39,482 nucleotides of DNA. It comes from an uncultured Candidatus Sumerlaeota bacterium. Its GTDB lineage: Bacteria; Sumerlaeota; Sumerlaeia; MVZB01; JAJFLK01. Under the pieces are notes generated by a model. It saw nothing but the letters and a program-made list of their open reading frames with translations. It did not search any database and had not been told where the DNA came from. Within the stretch, counting starts at the first letter, position 1; each line of letters starts with the position of its first letter. Below, one piece after another: positions 37,355-39,482 of the stretch. The translations under genes were made by a program, and so were the position numbers. The DNA is taken from contig CAZPIK010000002.1 of assembly GCA_964586185.1 (NCBI GenBank), forward strand, positions 1 to 39,482, given 5' to 3'.

Positions 37355-38812
37355 TTACGGCCAGCAAAGCGTCGAGACGGACTGCGCATCGGCGGCGAAC
37401 TCGGCGTGCCAATTACCGAAGGAAACGCCAAGTTGTTTCGGAGACTTATTAGAATTGACGATGATAAGAATCGTCTCACTTCCCGGATTCTGAAACGCGA
37501 GGCATTTGATGCCGATTGAACTCACGCTGGCTTCAATGCGTTTCGCCCCGCGTGCAATGAATTTCGTGAAGTGGCCCAGCATATAATAGTCGAAGGGATA
37601 GATGGTCGTCTGTTTTTCGTGATCCAGCAGAATCATTGTCTTATCCGCATCAAATGGACCATTGTTGGGTTTGCCTTGCGTGTCGGTCATGCTCACCCAG
37701 CCGTTGTAGCCGGAGATGCCGTGCTGAAATAGCGTTACCAGCCGGCTTGCCCCGGCAAGACCGAAGACCGATCCCTCTGTGAAATGAATCGGAATATTTG
37801 GGAACTCGGAGGCAAAGGTGGTCATCCCGCTTGGTTGTCCCGCATATCCGTGAAAAGCGACCGCATCCACAAACCTCGCGGCTGCCGGATCGGAGAGGAT
37901 GGTGCGCGGATAATCAATCCCAGGGTCGTCGCCATCGGGCGTGGGCTGGGTGTTGTAGTTGTGGTCGTAACACCAAATTTCGGTCTTGATCCCCTCGCGC
38001 TCGAAGAGCGGTCCAAGATGGTTCTTGATGAAGTCGCGTTCTTGCTCGGCTGTCCACTTGCACGAAGGATAGTGCCACTTGGGATCCTTTTCCTTGCTGC
38101 GGTCAACGCCGGGTTCGTTTTGCACCGTGATGGCGTGAATCGGAATACCTTCGGCTTCGTAAGCGCGAATGAATTTCACAAAGTAATGAGCGTAAGTGTC
38201 GTAATGCTCCGGCAACAAATGCCCACCGATCATGGTGCCCGTGCTTTTCATCCAGCCGGGCGGACTCCAGGGCGAAGCAAAGAAAAGAATGTCGGGGTTT
38301 TTCTCGCGTGCGATCTTAATCGCGGGGATGATGTAGTTCTTATCTCGATCAATGGAAAATCGCTCAAGCTTGGGATCGGTCTGTCCAGCGGTCAAGTCGT
38401 TGTAGGAGTACCAGGGATCACCGGTGAAATCGGGCGTGCCGATGCAGATGCGGACAAGATTGAAGCCGATCCCCTTCTCGGGATGAACAAGTCGCTCGAT
38501 CGTCTCGATGCGCTCCTGCTCGGACAGTCTAGACAGATTGAAGCAAGTCGTTGGCTCAAAGGAGGAACCAAGTCCCAGAATCGTTTGAAAGGTCTTTGTT
38601 GAATTGATGACAATCGTTTCACCTTCGGCGGGGTTTGGGCTTGCGGTGAAGGCGGGCGCTTCAACGGCATCAAGGCGTTTGGTTAAGTCAAAGCGGGAAA
38701 CGAACGCTTCGATTTTCGGCTGAGCCTCGGCGCGTCCAACCGAGCGAAGAATAATAACGAGACAGACGAGAAGTTTAAATTGAGCGAGTGTTCGGCAAGT
38801 CATACTCATCAC
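37355..38812 (-). CDS. secreted glycoside hydrolase family 30 (glucosylceramidase-like)
   Basis: Signal peptide, ASPWSPPGWMK, acid/base Glu in ITVQNEP, and nucleophile Glu in IHFTEGS. Confidence 0.85.
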   Translation of the reverse strand: MMSMTCRTLAQFKLLVCLVIILRSVGRAEAQPKIEAFVSRFDLTKRLDAVEAPAFTASPNPAEGETIVINSTKTFQTILGLGSSFEPTTCFNLSRLSEQERIETIERLVHPEKGIGFNLVRICIGTPDFTGDPWYSYNDLTAGQTDPKLERFSIDRDKNYIIPAIKIAREKNPDILFFASPWSPPGWMKSTGTMIGGHLLPEHYDTYAHYFVKFIRAYEAEGIPIHAITVQNEPGVDRSKEKDPKWHYPSCKWTAEQERDFIKNHLGPLFEREGIKTEIWCYDHNYNTQPTPDGDDPGIDYPRTILSDPAAARFVDAVAFHGYAGQPSGMTTFASEFPNIPIHFTEGSVFGLAGASRLVTLFQHGISGYNGWVSMTDTQGKPNNGPFDADKTMILLDHEKQTTIYPFDYYMLGHFTKFIARGAKRIEASVSSIGIKCLAFQNPGSETILIIVNSNKSPKQLGVSFGNWHAEFAADAQSVSTLCWP

Positions 38813-38827
38813 TGAGATCCTTCCAAA

Positions 38828-39482
38828 TCAAACACCTAAAATGTCTTTAGGCTCAAGAGAAGCATACATTTCCTTCTTGAGATCGTGCGCAATGCCATGA
38901 GCCAGTCCGTGCTTGCGACAATACGCAGGAAGGTGCTCGAGAGTTTCAAGAACGATTTTCCAAGGAATATTGCGTAAGGGAATCTGGCAGGCTTCTAGAG
39001 CGCGGCGAAGGGGCTTGATATCCTGGCCTTGAATCGCGGCGAGAATCAGAATTCCAGGACCAACAAGATCGCCATGCGGAAGTCCTTTGCCCATGGCATT
39101 TTCAACGGCATAGGCAAAATAGTGTTCGCTTCCCTCCTCGGGACGGGAGTGTCCGATCAGATTGCAGAGCTGCACTTCGAGCGCAAGCGTGTCCAGCAGT
39201 TGCTTCAGTCCCCGGGTTTCGCCTCGTCCGGCGGATTCGGCGCATTCGAGCGCCCCGCGCAGAATCGCTTCGGCCACATCCGCAACATAAGGAATGTAAG
39301 GGGCGTGGGGAGGATTCAATCCCCTCTCGTGAGCGTATCGCCAGTCCCAAAGGCCTGTTGCAATAGAAAGCACGTCGCAAATTCCACCGGCGCGAACTGC
39401 GGGCGGCGCCTGCGCCCAGACATCGAAATCCACAATGAGACGGTCAGGCGGTTTGGTTTCGATGTATCGAACGCAGCCTTCA
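38828..39482 (-). CDS. sn-glycerol-1-phosphate dehydrogenase-like (AraM/EgsA branch of the Fe-ADH/DHQS-like superfamily); 5' end beyond the window
   Basis: The frame is open to the window edge (..EGCVRYIETKPPDRLIVDFDVW..). Motifs GGICDVLSIATGLWDW, SRPEEGSEHYFAYAVE and LPHGDLVG resemble the G1PDH metal and substrate motifs (GD..sk..a..DW; S.P.SGSEH..sH; HGe.vg). Confidence 0.55.
   Translation of the reverse strand, partial: EGCVRYIETKPPDRLIVDFDVWAQAPPAVRAGGICDVLSIATGLWDWRYAHERGLNPPHAPYIPYVADVAEAILRGALECAESAGRGETRGLKQLLDTLALEVQLCNLIGHSRPEEGSEHYFAYAVENAMGKGLPHGDLVGPGILILAAIQGQDIKPLRRALEACQIPLRNIPWKIVLETLEHLPAYCRKHGLAHGIAHDLKKEMYASLEPKDILGV

Noticed and set aside
37094-37479. ORF 37219-37479 (minus strand) and the extended TerC start at 37153
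   Set aside because: Both are translations of the Mn2+ riboswitch/terminator leader. The TerC ATG at 37093 has a good RBS.

Overview
39.5-kb chromosomal window, mid-50s % GC by eye. It is probably from a Gram-negative PVC-type bacterium (Verrucomicrobiota/Planctomycetota-like). That placement is a low-confidence inference from lpxD, a class A PBP, a secreted FGE and a planctomycete-style CxxCH heme motif. All calls rest on motif recognition in the supplied ORF translations and on reading the DNA; no searches were run. Most of the window is ordinary core genome. It holds a complete Pho supercluster on the minus strand (phoB-phoR-pstS-pstC-pstA-pstB-phoU, 3.3-10.3 kb), an M16-like gene coupled to lpxD, rlmD, PBP1A, an aldehyde dehydrogenase, a P450, GH30, and three tRNAs: Val-GAC, Arg-CCG, Ser-GGA. 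The ORF track misses two cis-regulatory RNAs. One is a c-di-AMP (ydaO-yuaA class) riboswitch directly upstream of a KimA-type K+ transporter. The other is a yybP-ykoY Mn2+ riboswitch, with an overlapping intrinsic terminator, upstream of a TerC-family gene. The least conventional locus is a monocistronic gene in an AT-richer block (11.4-14.0 kb). It encodes a secreted fusion of a c-type heme motif to a PHM/DBH-like domain that keeps all six copper-ligand positions. Other items worth a second look are an output-less tandem cNMP-binding protein followed by an EI24/CysZ-like membrane protein, a membrane-anchored unknown overlapping the PBP1A start, an 885-894 aa HEAT-like protein, and a G1P-dehydrogenase-like gene paired with GH30. 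I saw no CRISPR array, transposase, integrase, phage module, rRNA or recognisable defence-system cluster. I cannot point to a clear multi-gene novel system here.
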